A stretch of DNA of 64,000 bases from Veleropilina oligotropha (taxonomy: Eukaryota). The stretch covers positions 1 through 64,000 of the forward strand of contig JBEUKZ010000062.1 of assembly GCA_048128005.1 (NCBI GenBank). Reading direction: 5' to 3'. Below the pieces are notes generated by a model, which saw only the letters and a list, made by a program, of their open reading frames with translations, had not been told where the DNA came from and ran no database searches. Made by a program: the position numbers and the translations under genes. Every line of letters starts with the position of its first letter. Position 1 is the stretch's first letter. Positions 1 to 13,550 of this stretch are shown piece by piece.

Positions 1-243
1 ATTGCCAATATCGAAGTCCATCCATGGTTGTGCATGACGGCCTCTTTTGTGGGGGTTCTCCACATCTCCACGAACGGAGGGGAATCTTCCCGTCTTCATC
101 GCCCGCTCGAGTCTCCTCCGAAACTCAGCAGCACGGACCCCGGCCATTGCCCTAATGAGGTCGTTTTTCTTGAGCTTCGACCGATCGGGAAGCCCGTAAT
201 CTTTTGCTAGATTGCGTAGTTCTCTGAGGGAGACACGTACCAT
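1..243 (-). CDS. 5' end of the replicase-type ORF, copy 3 (MVRVSLRELRNLAKDYGLPDRSKLKKNDLIRAM...)
   Basis: Manual translation is open from ATG at 243 to base 1 and matches the copy 1 N-terminus up to NPHKRGR. Confidence 0.75.
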   Translation of the reverse strand, partial: MVRVSLRELRNLAKDYGLPDRSKLKKNDLIRAMAGVRAAEFRRRLERAMKTGRFPSVRGDVENPHKRGRHAQPWMDFDIGN

Positions 244-294
244 TGCGATATGCGGCGGGTATACACTAGGTCGATCATTCCTCTAATAGGAAAT

Positions 295-570
295 TTACGG
301 GTGGTAAATCGCAGCCATGCGGATAAACTCTCTCTGGAAGGCACTTTTCTTTCGTTGCCAGTCCCTATCGTTCTCAAGCTTATACCCACAGCCCTTACAC
401 AACGTAACCCGGTTTAAGACGCCTTTTCCACATGTCCTACATGGTATTGTACCCCGGCCATTTCGCCGTAGCCGAGCCAGGTGGACTTTGGAAAACTCTC
501 TCAGACAACTCTTACCGCATAGCTCCGTGGAGCTTATGGTGAGCCATTGACAGGTGTCTGTACCCTTCAT
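295..570 (-). CDS. Zinc-finger protein, copy 3
   Basis: Homologue of 19944-20219. Confidence 0.8.
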   Translation of the reverse strand: MKGTDTCQWLTISSTELCGKSCLREFSKVHLARLRRNGRGTIPCRTCGKGVLNRVTLCKGCGYKLENDRDWQRKKSAFQREFIRMAAIYHP

Positions 571-818
571 CGTATCCTTTGCAGTGGGTGTACCTGTTGC
601 AATGGGTATGTCTAAAAGAGAGCCCGGGCCCGACTAATCTGAGCTACCCTAGTTTCGGACGGCACTGGGAGCCTCCCCCGGGGGCCCCGGGACCCCCCCT
701 GGATTATGCTAAAACTCCCCCAAATAGACTATTCTAAGCTACCCCAGTTTCGGATGGCGCTGGGAGCCTCCCCGGCGGCCGTGGGCCCCTAGTCTAAACC
801 GCCCTAGTCCCCCCCCCA

Positions 819-2095
<1,277 letters not shown>

Positions 2096-2709
2096 CTACC
2101 TCGGAATGCAGCCATATGAAACCAAGCCCAGACCTTTCCCCTATCGTACATGCCTGGGATGAGTCGACGAGTGCACGAACGACAACAGCAACCATCAAAT
2201 GTGCAAGAACTAAGAGATGTGCTGATTCATGAATGGGCGACCATTGACCAGGATGTGTTAGCGAGGCTGATGAGGACACACCAGATTCCGAATGTAGACT
2301 ATCTAAAATTTGCATCATATATACCATAATTATCATAATAAAATTCATATATGTTTCAGGAGGACGTTTCTTTTTTTGAATAGTATATGTTAAATCAGCG
2401 TGCCTTTTCATGGTCCTTCTTTACGGCTGAGTGGTTTACACCGTGAACAGCTCATGGATTTCACAACCAAAACAAACCAATAGATAAGGTTTGATTCCCG
2501 TCAAAGGAGTGTAAACTGTATTTTTTATTTATTTCATTTCTTCAAGCTATTATATCTGATATACCATCTTAATATATGTCTTAAAAATAATTGATGATAA
2601 ATTTTATTTTAAATATATAAAAAAATAAAGAATTATTGTCATATAGGGTTTTAAATGTGGACGTATTTTATGTCGAAGAATACTAAATAAGCATGCCAGG
2701 TTCAGATAT

Positions 2710-3200
2710 GGGGGTGGTGTCAAAGGGGGATGGTGGTCTAAGTGGGGGTAGCGTTTGAAGTGGGGTGGCAGTCGAAGTCAAAGTGGGGGTGGCTGTCAAA
2801 GTAGTGGTGGGGGTCAAAGTTTGGGTGGGGGTCAAAATGGGGATTGGGGTCAAAGAGGGGGTATAGGTCAAAGTGTGGGTGTGGTCAAATTGGGGGTGGG
2901 GGTCAAAGTTGGGGTGGGTATCAAAGTGGGGGCTGCGGTCAAAGTGGGGGTGGTGGTCAAAGTGGTGGTGGCGGTCAAAGTGGGGGTGGCAGTCAAAGTG
3001 AAGGTAGCGGTCAAAGTGGGGGTGGCAGTCAAAGTGGGGGTAATGGTCAAAGTGGGGGTGGTGGTGTAAGTGAAGTGAGGGTGGGGTCAAAGTGGGGGTG
3101 GGGGTCAAAGTGGGGGTGGTGGCCAAAATGAGGGTGGTGGTCAAAGTGGTGGTGGTTGTCAAAGAGGGGGTGGCAGTCAAAGTTGTGGTTGTGGTCAAAG
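2710..3200 (+). repeat. G-rich 18-bp minisatellite (GTCAAAGTGGGGGTGGNG)
   Basis: Seen directly. Confidence 0.9.
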
Positions 3201-3559
3201 TCGCACCGCCCGAATCCTTCTCCAGGGCCGCTTTGGGAATAATCAAAAGGCTGGTTACAATTCAAAAATAAATTGTGGTTCTCCACGGTGCCACCACGAT
3301 TGACTACGGTGTGCTACGGTGGACCACGATTGACTACGAAACATGTGTACGACGCCGTTGAGATTTAAAGTAATGTAAATATCGTGCTCCACCGTAAGAA
3401 AATCGTGTATGTCGAAAAGGGGCTTTATTGATCTCTGGAGCATGATATGGGTAATGTGTTGTGATTAACGACCAACGGAGGTAAGCTCATTTATTGTGGA
3501 AAGTCGATATGCTTTAGCTCTGATTTAAAGTGAGTTCTGTCGATATCTTTAAGTTTACG

Positions 3560-4210
3560 GTAGCGAATTTGTTTCGGCGCTGGTGCTAGTCTTTTTATTT
3601 TTAAGTCAAATGAAATAAGACAGTGATCTGATATTGGACAATCCACTGCTTTAGAATTTTGTTGTCTTGTGGAGTCACACAGTGATTACTTTTATGTGTT
3701 GAATCTTTCATAACTTTCGTGAGTCCGCACGGTGCTTGTAGGGGTTGAATTTGATCACATCTGGGTGTTCAACGTCATCAAAGTGTAAATGAGCATCACC
3801 AGATATTAAAAGATGTTCATTGGAGAAGTCGAGGAGTTTACCGGAAATTTTGAAAATTCTTCTGGAAACTGAGCCGCACTGTTTTGTTGTGTGTCTGATG
3901 TACACACTGTGTAGATGCGTGTTGATTTGTCTCATATGAATAGAGTCGCTTCAATAAGTACAGCACTTATCCGATGTTAATACCTTTATTTTGATATTTG
4001 AGCCATGCAGAACAGCAACCCCATCCCCCTTTCTTGCATGTAATATGCTTAAACGTGAAGCTCTTGGGGTGAGTTGAGCAATGATGGCATCATCATCATC
4101 ATGCCCGAGCCATGTTTCAGTGTGAAAAAGTGTATCAATATTGTTGAAAGTTACTAAATCATGCAAATATCAACTTTATTTCTAACCGATCTAGAATTTA
4201 AAACGCTGAA
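3560..4210 (-). mobile_element. Degraded LINE endonuclease (APE) fragment, CR1/L2-like
   Basis: TETWL, GDxHLH and SDH-like motifs with stops and frameshifts. Confidence 0.65.
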
Positions 4211-5849
4211 ATTTTTCAATTTGTAGCAGAGGGTAGAGGGTATATATTATCTTTCGTTTTTTACAGGTATCAAATAGTTCATCTCTTGTGGATACTATAG
4301 CCGGAATAGGGAATTGATTACAGCTCGGTTGTTGTTGCCAAATATTTAGCTGAAATTGAGTTTCCTTAATTTCCTATTTGATTTGGTCTCAATATTTCAG
4401 AGCTGTACTGATGTCGATTTTCCATTGGACAACTTGGTACACAACAATACAGTGATTGTATTGCATGGCAATTAGACTTACAAATTTGTTGTGACTAATC
4501 TAATATGCTGCAACATATTCCTTAAAGAACAAAGGCTAAACCTCGCTGTCGTGGTTGAATTGATCAGAAGCTGAAAAAAGATCTATTGTACTGATATAAT
4601 ATAACATAATGTGTTTATGATAACATAATAACACATACTTAGCTCAATATGATGAATCTAGTAACACTTCAACGTCCATGTAGAATAATTTTTGAGAAGA
4701 TGCGATCAAATATTAGTTGGTAAACTTTGAGTTTGAACACAGTACATAAAAACGCGTCTCCACTGTACAAGCCTTCTATCGCTATCATAAAAGTTTTGTC
4801 TCTCAATATTTTTTAAAATCTCAATATTTTATTTCAAAATAATGGATCTTTTGTCAACTTGAAAATGTATTTATGATGCATGTCGGATTATGATCACCCA
4901 GACCGTGTCAATGAGTTCACACATCTGTAACATGCTCAAGATGAGTATAAATATGATTAATAATCGAACTGATTGGTGCCCCATATCGGGAAATTAATTA
5001 TTTGGTGAAAATGTTGTGGTTGCTCAATGTCTTTCAATTTAATCGAAAGTGAAGGTATATCAGCACAGGTAACATTGAAATCATCAAGGATAATTGACGC
5101 ATTTCCTGGATTCAAAGCTTCTGATACTTGAGAATCTAAATTATCTAACCAACTTTCATTGACACTATGTGACCAATATCAAAATCATATGAGAAAGTAT
5201 TTACCTTTAAAAGAAGAAATTTCAATCCATATTGATTCCGTTTTCTAATTTTATAAAACACCTCTTTTATGAGCCTGAAAATACAGTCATAAACATGTAC
5301 AATGATACCCCTCCTATTTTTCCCAATTTTCCCAATTTACCCAACCTCTTCTTGAAACTTTATAATTCTCCATGTCCATGTAAAGCCAATAATACCTGAT
5401 ACTGTGACATACAATTAAATGGACTGTGATACGTCCTATCTATTTAGAGTGAAAATGGTGATTAACAATTGATGGTGTGACACTGTTAAATTGTAAACAG
5501 AAATATGCGCTAAAAATATTCCAAATCTAATTAATCACAGGACACCAAGATATAATATGACGTTATCTTTTCTTGGAAATGTTAAATTCCAAAGAGAGCA
5601 TGTTTCTGTCTCCATACCGTGCGAATAAATAGCAAATACATACAAATCAGTCTTCGTTATAAGTATTTTACAATCACGTTAGACATAATTGTCTTTTGCG
5701 GAATTCTGAGCAAAACGAACATAATGTCTTCCTGAGATAAACATGCTTTATGTCATATGATTTGAAATTCACTCCCTTCATCAATTCGAATGGTATGCGG
5801 CTTTTCTGATTGTTTAAATATTTCAAAGCCTGGACAGGAAAGTTGCCTA

Positions 5850-6170
5850 ATATCTCGTTAATAAGCATTACCCGTAAGAAACATGAAAACATATCGACAA
5901 ACTATCAGTAAGGAGACAGAACCATCATTTCGTTTCTTTAAATTCAGCCTGTCTGTCACATCAACATCAAGCAATGAATCTAATCTATTTATAATAATCT
6001 GCCTGTGTTTAAATGTTCTAATTACACTCTTTTGTAAACTGTATGTATCTTGGTCTAGAGACCATTGATCGATCTGTTTTCTAATGATATTGAACATTTT
6101 CTCCTTTCGCATATTTTCATACGTTTCGGGTCCAGCAAAGCCTCATTTTGAGTCGTATCATATATCTTTG
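5850..6170 (-). pseudogene. Decayed canonical Polinton-type integrase N-terminal fragment
   Basis: QIDQWSLDQDTYSLQKSVIRTFKHRQII...DVDVTD...NDG matches the Polinton integrase N-terminal pattern. Confidence 0.6.
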
Positions 6171-6349
6171 AAATACTGATTTGTGATATGTAAACTGGAG
6201 GCCCATAACCATTATTCATGTGAAAAGCGCCAATTGTTTAACCGCTAAAATAATATTAACCATCCCTTGGTATCGCACAAATGAATTGCTGCCAGGTCGG
6301 GGGCGTGGCCTTGGTCTCGTAACAGCCCTTCGACCCCGGGGAAAATTGG

Positions 6350-9300
6350 TTTTTATTCAAGTAACGAGCGCCAAGCCTACAGACACCCTCAAATTATTCA
6401 TGGGTTCAACCAAATACGACCTAGTCAATGACAGCATTTTATACGTGGTATGATCCTGCCAGCAACCTTTAAAGTGGGTTGGGTGGGTATGCGGGTAAGT
6501 GGTTTTTATTCAAGTAAAGTGCGCCAAGTCTACAAACGCCCTCAAAATTATCAATGAGTTCCACCAAGTACGAATAGCCAATGACAGCAATTTTATACGT
6601 GGTATGACCCCTGACAGTAACCTTTAAAGGGAGGTGAGGATGTGTTAGTGGTTTTTATTCCAAGGAAAAGCGCCAAGGATAAATTGTGTTAAATGTTATT
6701 CAATAATTCCCTGATTATGGTGTGACAAATGCCAGCAACATTTGCGATGGCTTGATCCTTGTCAGCAATCACAATAGAGGGAGGAGGGGGAGGTAAGTGG
6801 TGAATACAAGATACAGCTAAAATGCTAGCATAAGCCTTTAATAACTCCGACGTTTAGCAGGTTTATGCAATGCCAATTGGCAACAAAATAGTAGATGTAT
6901 TTCAATGTGTCAGCAACTCAACAGCAGGCATTTAGTGGTAGTAGAAATATTCAGAATGTCATATCAGCATTGATAATTTCCGTGTCATATTATTCATGTG
7001 ATATTTCACCAGTATAACATATCAAATGTTATTACTTCAATTTACGATAATATTGGAATATCACCTTCTTATTTTAATTAACCAATAATAACAATACAAA
7101 ATCTGAGATAATAATTATCCATAAATGTATGTTTTAATAGTACCGCCTTTTTACAGATTAAAGAATAATTCCTCGTTCATGCTAATAGTTTTGTTCTGGT
7201 GCATTGCGCTTACTCGTCGTCATCGGCATCAGTGAATTCCAACATTTTGGAGCTGTATATAGAACAGGCAAATGAAGTTATTACCACGAAGTCAACATCA
7301 TCAAATGAGCGAGTTTACAAAGCATGAAACCCCAACAGTGTCTCGGTGAGCCAATCATGTTTTTCATTAAGAATGACACATATGTTGGATACATTGAGGT
7401 ATCGTCTGTGGACGCAAGGACCATAGGCCATGAGATATTCGTTCTCATCGACAAGTCCAATATAAATGACTTGGACATCAGTATCGTTGGATCTTACAAG
7501 GATATCTTCGTAATTCATCATCCCCAAACAGTTACCACTAGCGAAATGAAAAACAACTTTCTTCCAACAATTTCACCGAACTGAGGCTTCTCCCATTCGT
7601 CCATAAGAAATCGAGCACTTTCTTCCCTGAATCCTCTGTTTTTTAAATGTCCGTTCATTTCTGCCGTTGCGCTTGTTCTGGGCCAATGATATGAAAAATT
7701 TACACCCATCTGATTTACATTGATTTCGCTCACAGTATTTAATGGACGGTGTATGATACTTGTCTAGGACTTGGTGGACATGCTCTCCATGACTGCAGCA
7801 CACCTGTGTTGGAAGAGGACATATCATATGTAGATATGTTATGTTCCATCATAATTTCATGGACGAAGATTCCACCTTCAATAATAATTAAACTGATTGT
7901 TGAACGATTGTTGTCGCCAAATATGACATATTATGTACTTTCCAGTCTTTTCGCAAAAGCTGCCTTGTCCGTTTTCAGAGGTGTACCATCGCTATGAAGA
8001 AAGCGAGACAGGGGAAATAGGGAAACTCAAGATATACCGCATGTTAAGTGCATTGGTTATTTTTGTCAGCAATAGCAAGGATTTGTCCAAATACATCTCT
8101 AGCTCTCTCTGTTGCATTCAGTCTTCTTACCGCCGTTTTTAATGTTTAGCATTTTCTTCACCAAACTTTAATGTCCTATTCTTGGTCAGTATCACATTCA
8201 GTAGCAAATTGTTTCAAAGCGTTTTTTCGCATTTCAATGTTGGCAAGAGATGTTTCGGTGCTCTTTCGGTACTTCCCCCACAGCTCCGGCTTTTATCATA
8301 TTTAAGGAGCTCCGGCTTTTATTTGTCTTAAATTCACGGCGTTAGATAAGATACACGTGATGGGTACGTAGTTGTATTGGCTTTACAAATGTATATACAC
8401 CGGACCGCCCCGTGAGCCTGGACTGACCGAGGTTCACCTGTTGCTAGTCCCCATGGATTTAACATTAACGACGCATCCAAAGTAGTCCTTTTATCGGAGA
8501 TGAAAAACCGAATTTCCAAAGTTGAGTAAAAGCCGGAGTTGTGGGGGAAGTACCGAAAGAGCGCCGATGTTTCTTCGTTTCGTCCATAGCTGTTTTTCTT
8601 GATGAGATATTCAGCTGGAAAATCTGCATTGTAAGGGTTGCAAGTGTTGTTCAGGTATCCGATGAAAGCGCCTATGTCTATGTTATATCTGTGAATTTTC
8701 GCAGTTGAGTGCTAATAAACCCCAGTCACACCAGGACGATGGATGATCCCGGAGCTCGGTCCGTGTTGATCCGCGAAGAACCTTTGGCAGTCCGTAGCCA
8801 GACCGTAGTGGTACCTTTACGAACCGTGATGATCCTGTCCGAAACATCCGCGGCCATCCGGGATGATCCTTGGTACCTTGGTCACTGGTAATGTAGTCAA
8901 TATGTAATAGCAACGGGGTGGCCGTAGTTGGTCCGTAGTGACATCGTAGTACTTCCTTGGCGAACCGGTGTGGCACCGGCAGTGTTTTTGGAAGAGGGTG
9001 ACAACTTGGTTTGTCTCTGTGTCAGAACGGTATAACTATTGAGACTCAGGATCTACTAAAGCGGCAGCACCATAGAGCGTCCGTTGCACAGCCGGAGCGA
9101 TACCTGACCATCCGTAATGACACCTTGAGCACAGTATTGGAACCATTGGGAATCCGGCATGCTTCCCGGATATAATACGGACCTATTGTGATCTACCACG
9201 GACCGCCGTTGTCATACCGTAGTAGAACTGTACTGGTACCGCGTTCCTCGCAAAATATTCGATCAGCTTTCCAGGCAGCCCCGGACCTTTCTGAGGCCTT

Positions 9301-10335
9301 CGTAGTTCATACTTGTTTTATGTAACTAGCACTTAAAGTTCTTCTCTTAACCGCAAGCCAGCTAAATTCCGCAATTCTGACAGCGCCATACCGCACTGTC
9401 AGTGTAACAGACTACCTCTTAAACGCAATCTCAGGGTTAATAAATGTTGAAATTCCTTTCATGGGCGACGCGGCATCTCTGTTGACAGTGTATTCCAAGG
9501 TCGAATCTATATGTCACGTCATCCACGATCAATTTGGCGGAATCTATATAGGAACAACGAACCTCATCTTGCGTAATATGGCCTGTTTACGGCAAAACGC
9601 TTGAGAGGACACGCATGTATCCATCAATATCATTTGTGCTTACAACTATCAGTAACTCATGGTACATCCTGTTAATGAGGACTCACAGTTGTCCGTGACG
9701 GGTCGGAGAGGGCGGGTGCTGGCATTCAAATATTTGGATCATAATCGGATATTATTGTTAGGTGGTAGTCGCTTAACAGTGACATTCAAATTTAGCATTA
9801 TTATCTTGAATAAATACTATTTGGGTGGTTGCTGACAAGGATCAAACCATCGCAAATTTAGCTGTTATTTGTCATACCATAAACAGGGCTTACTTGGGAA
9901 ACATTTGATACATAATGAATAAAAGCTTCAATCACAGTCATCCCCATTTTAAAGGTTGCTATCATTTGCAATTTCATACTCATGGATAATTTTGAGAGTG
10001 CTTGTAGACTTGGCGCACTTTACTTGACTAAAAACCATTTACACACAACGCCACCCACCCAATTTACCACGTTGCTGTCAGGGGTCATACCACGTATAAT
10101 TTTTTTGTCGTTGGATATATTTCTTACTTGGTGGGGCTCATGCATAATTTTGAGGGTGCTTGTACATTTGGCGCACTTTACTTGAATAAAAACCACTTCC
10201 ACACATCTCCACCCCACCCACTTTAAAGGTTGCTGACATACGAGGTATACAATTTATGTCATTGGCTATTTCGTAGTTGGTTGAACCAATGGATAGTTTT
10301 GAAGGTGTTTGTAGGCTTGGCGCTCTTTAGTTGCA
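6350..10335. mobile_element. Degenerate DNA transposon with long inverted arms of ~155-160-bp subrepeats and an Academ-like coding remnant
   Basis: 6350-6790 is inverted relative to 9820-10335. Internal minus-strand fragments (RSNDTDV, RRYLNV, LLGFHA) resemble the XPG-like region of Academ. Confidence 0.55.
8256..8566. mobile_element. MITE with ~39-bp TIR and ATGTTT duplication
   Basis: CGGTGCTCTTTCGGTACTTCCCCCACAGCTCCGGCTTTT ... AAAAGCCGGAGTTGTGGGGGAAGTACCGAAAGAGCGCCG, with ATGTTT on both sides. Confidence 0.85.
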
Positions 10336-11707
10336 ATTCATTACCTGTTTTTAATTCCGCACACACAAACTCATATATAGTGTATTTCATTCGTATTTGT
10401 TATGAAGTAAGTCTAAAGGAGAAGATGCTTACAAAGTTATTTGGCCGGAGTTGATTTTTATGTGAACGGCGCCAAAATGTTTGACCTCTTTGATGGATAC
10501 AACCAACTCTCAGCATCCCCAAAATGAATTGCTGCCGGGTCGGGGGCGTGGAAAGTCGATAAATTAATAATGTGGAAGATTTATCTGCGCTTTTTCACAC
10601 GTGAATGCGTGCTCAAAGTGCTTACATCGTATATATAAATACGCAGTTGCTGTTTCTGTAAGCCGGGTTTTCTCCGCCGCCGCGAGAAGGATCTTTGTAA
10701 TCTTAGTGTCAAATTAGCGAGTGTGCTGAAAGTAAGAAATGAAGACCTTCAGATTATTCTCCCAGAACCAGAGAGCGTCCAGCTGGGTTCGCTGCAAAAG
10801 GACAGTTCCATTCTAACGAACGTTAGGTAACGCAACCTAATGTGGGAAAAATATTCAAGGTGAACGAGTGACATGAATCAAATATTTCACCGTGCGGAAC
10901 ACGGGTTAAAGCCAGAACCAGGGGAAGAGCCTTTACTATGAGCTATGATCGAACGTCGCGCAAGCCATTGTGGGTAGGAATCAACACGAACGGAAGCAAG
11001 TAATTCACCGCGAGGAGCACGGGTTAAAATCTAGTCATTATTATTCGGTGGTTATTGGCCTGTTCATTCGACATTCGTTCTCAACGTTCTGTGATAGTAT
11101 TACGTGCATGTACATGCTTGTTAGGCGCTTGACCAATCATTCTGACATTTCTGTCACTGCCAATCAGGTGCCCAGTTGGATCTCAGATCGGCTTGTTGAA
11201 ACCGAGGTACATATATGCTTAATTTCTTGCCCATGGGAATTCGTTGCAGGTTCAAACGTTTAGATTTAAATGTCATCACATCTAAAACATCATAAATTTC
11301 ATCTACGGTAGATTTCATATGGAATAACGAAATAATGTCCGTTTTGGTGATCTCCGGAGCATAATTGTCCATGATATTCTTAATATCAGTGTTTATTTAT
11401 CGTTCAAATGTGACAGGTCCATTTCATGTGGATGAGAGGCCAGTGCATCTACCACTGATCCACGGCGGAATATGCGAAGTTCTGTTTTGATCTCGGTTAT
11501 GTTGATATCATTGACTTTACGGTAATAGTCCAGTGTGTTATGTATTTTCGTTTTTATTTTTTGGAGATTTGCAAACCTATACATTTTTGGAAACATTATA
11601 ACCAACAGAATTTGAAAACCAATGTTTGCATTTGAACCGATGCCGTTATGGCGGCCATTTTGAATTTCAAGATGGCCGCTATTTAAAATAATGTATATAG
11701 CATAAAC

Positions 11708-12149
11708 CAGGCGCGGATCCAGGGGGGGGGGGGGCACACCCGGCGCGCGCCCCCCCCCCCTAAAGTTGGCCAAACATACTAAAATAATATGTATAATCTG
11801 ATACAAATGACTTTCAGAACATTATAAATGGGCTGTTGCAATGTAATAATACAGGAGGGGGGATTTCACATCGTTAATTGTCAAAATTTTCTTACACGTG
11901 GGGCGCCGACCCCACGCGGACAATTCAATTATGACAAAATATAACAAAAATTTGACTCGTGCTATTTGAGTGACGGTGGTTCATAAAAAGTTAGAATGAA
12001 ATATCGCTTTTGCCCTGTCAGAGTGCAGGAGAGGGGGTTTCAGGCTGTTGATTCTCAAAATTTTCTTTCGCGTGGGGCCCCGCCCCCACGCAAACAGTTG
12101 ATAGTAAATTTAGCGCCCCCCCTAAGCGAAATCCATGGATCCGCGCCTG
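11708..12149. mobile_element. MITE with CAGGCGCGGATCCA termini
   Basis: 14-bp TIR plus GCGCCCCCCC subterminal motifs; TAAAC on both sides. Confidence 0.75.
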
Positions 12150-12849
12150 TAAACAGCCAAAATATGAACGAATAAATTACTTTTAGAGTTTAAATGTATA
12201 TTATCATGATGAAAACATTACATAGCATCATCTGTCTGAATAATGTACATATTACAGGACATGTGGCGTTCTTTTTAGTGTGTGATGTAATATGAATTTG
12301 TCGTATTCACTGTATTATGAAGGCAATGTTGCAGATATATCTAAAGTTTTTGTATTACATCACACAATATTAACGACAAAACATACAGGACCAAGTAATA
12401 GTCAATGTTCAAGCCAATATGCAAATTAGAAATGAGTATTTTGCCGTAAAACAATGCATTTAATGCATCAACTGGTATTAAGGGGAGATAATTCAAGATT
12501 GTTTATATTTGTATTAAGCATTAATTATATGTAATTATAAGGTTAAATGACATATGTTGGCGCATTGACTATATTTCCAGAGTTAGTTCACGATTCAGGT
12601 CAACCCAATGGACAGTAATCACACAAACAAACCAGCTACGATTTCTAGCAGTTGGAGAAAGGCATCTCAATATGTGATATCGTTTCAAATGTACCTCTAC
12701 GAAATAGTTGTTTGATTCCAGACCAGACATGAAAAAGACCGTTGTTCTCAGACAAGATAAATTTTTTGCTGTCGTCGCTGGTCTTCGGGTCATGGAGCGC
12801 CAATTCAGAACTCTAGTACCGGTATAGACGATACCTGGATGAAAGCAAG

Positions 12850-13550
12850 TTCTTATTCTTATTTACTTTCGCCTTATCGTGATAAGGGGTCGGCGGCCTG
12901 AATTATCCTTCTCTATTCCTCTGTCATGTACGTCACCCTCTGTCAGATCCATCTCCTCCATACTGTACCTCAGTCCATCTCTCTATCTCCTGAGTTGACG
13001 TCATATACTCCTCCGTCCTCTTACTGGCTCCCTCCACGCTCTTGTCACCACATCTTCCCCACTCATCCTCAAGATGTGTCCGTACGATCTCATCTTGCAC
13101 CACTCGTTTTGTCACCCTCGTTCTGCTCCGCACCTCTTCGATTCTGATTTTATCTCGCAGGGTCATTTCCAAAATTATTCTCAGAATACGCATCTCCGTC
13201 ACCTCCATTCCTCTCTCATCCCTCTCAGTAAGTGCTCAGCACGCCACACCATAGTCATATTCGGCCCCACCATCATCTTATAAATCTTAGCTTTCACCTT
13301 GATTGGCATCCTCCTGTTATTCAACACTCCACTCATCCAGCTTGCATTGATTTCGTCCTCAATATCCTTCTCACGCCCCACATTCGCATATGGTTGATCC
13401 CAAGTACTTGAAAATTTCTACCCTCTGTCCGTCTCGTCTACTACACAGTATCGTCTCTGACTTTTTCGAGTTCATCTTTAGTCCAAATCTATCCAGACTT
13501 GCTTGCTAACACAGAAACCATTCTTCCAACTGGTCCTCGCTGTCTGCCAA
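12850..13550 (-). mobile_element. RTE-clade LINE 3' fragment
   Basis: FKYLGS-like motif and EVTEMRILR...TLRDKIRIEEVR, typical of RTE ORF C-termini. Confidence 0.75.

Larger units (their letters stand above)
1..818 (-). mobile_element. Left end of Polinton-like virus copy 3 (inverted; continues beyond the window start)
   Basis: Zn-finger gene, replicase start, conserved promoter block, and TIR-type motifs (GACTATTCTAAGCTACCC, CTGGGAGCCTCC, GCCCCTAGTCTA). Confidence 0.85.

Noticed and set aside
2683..3286. Thr/Gly/Val-rich ORFs
   Set aside because: Translations of an 18-bp minisatellite that is open in several frames.
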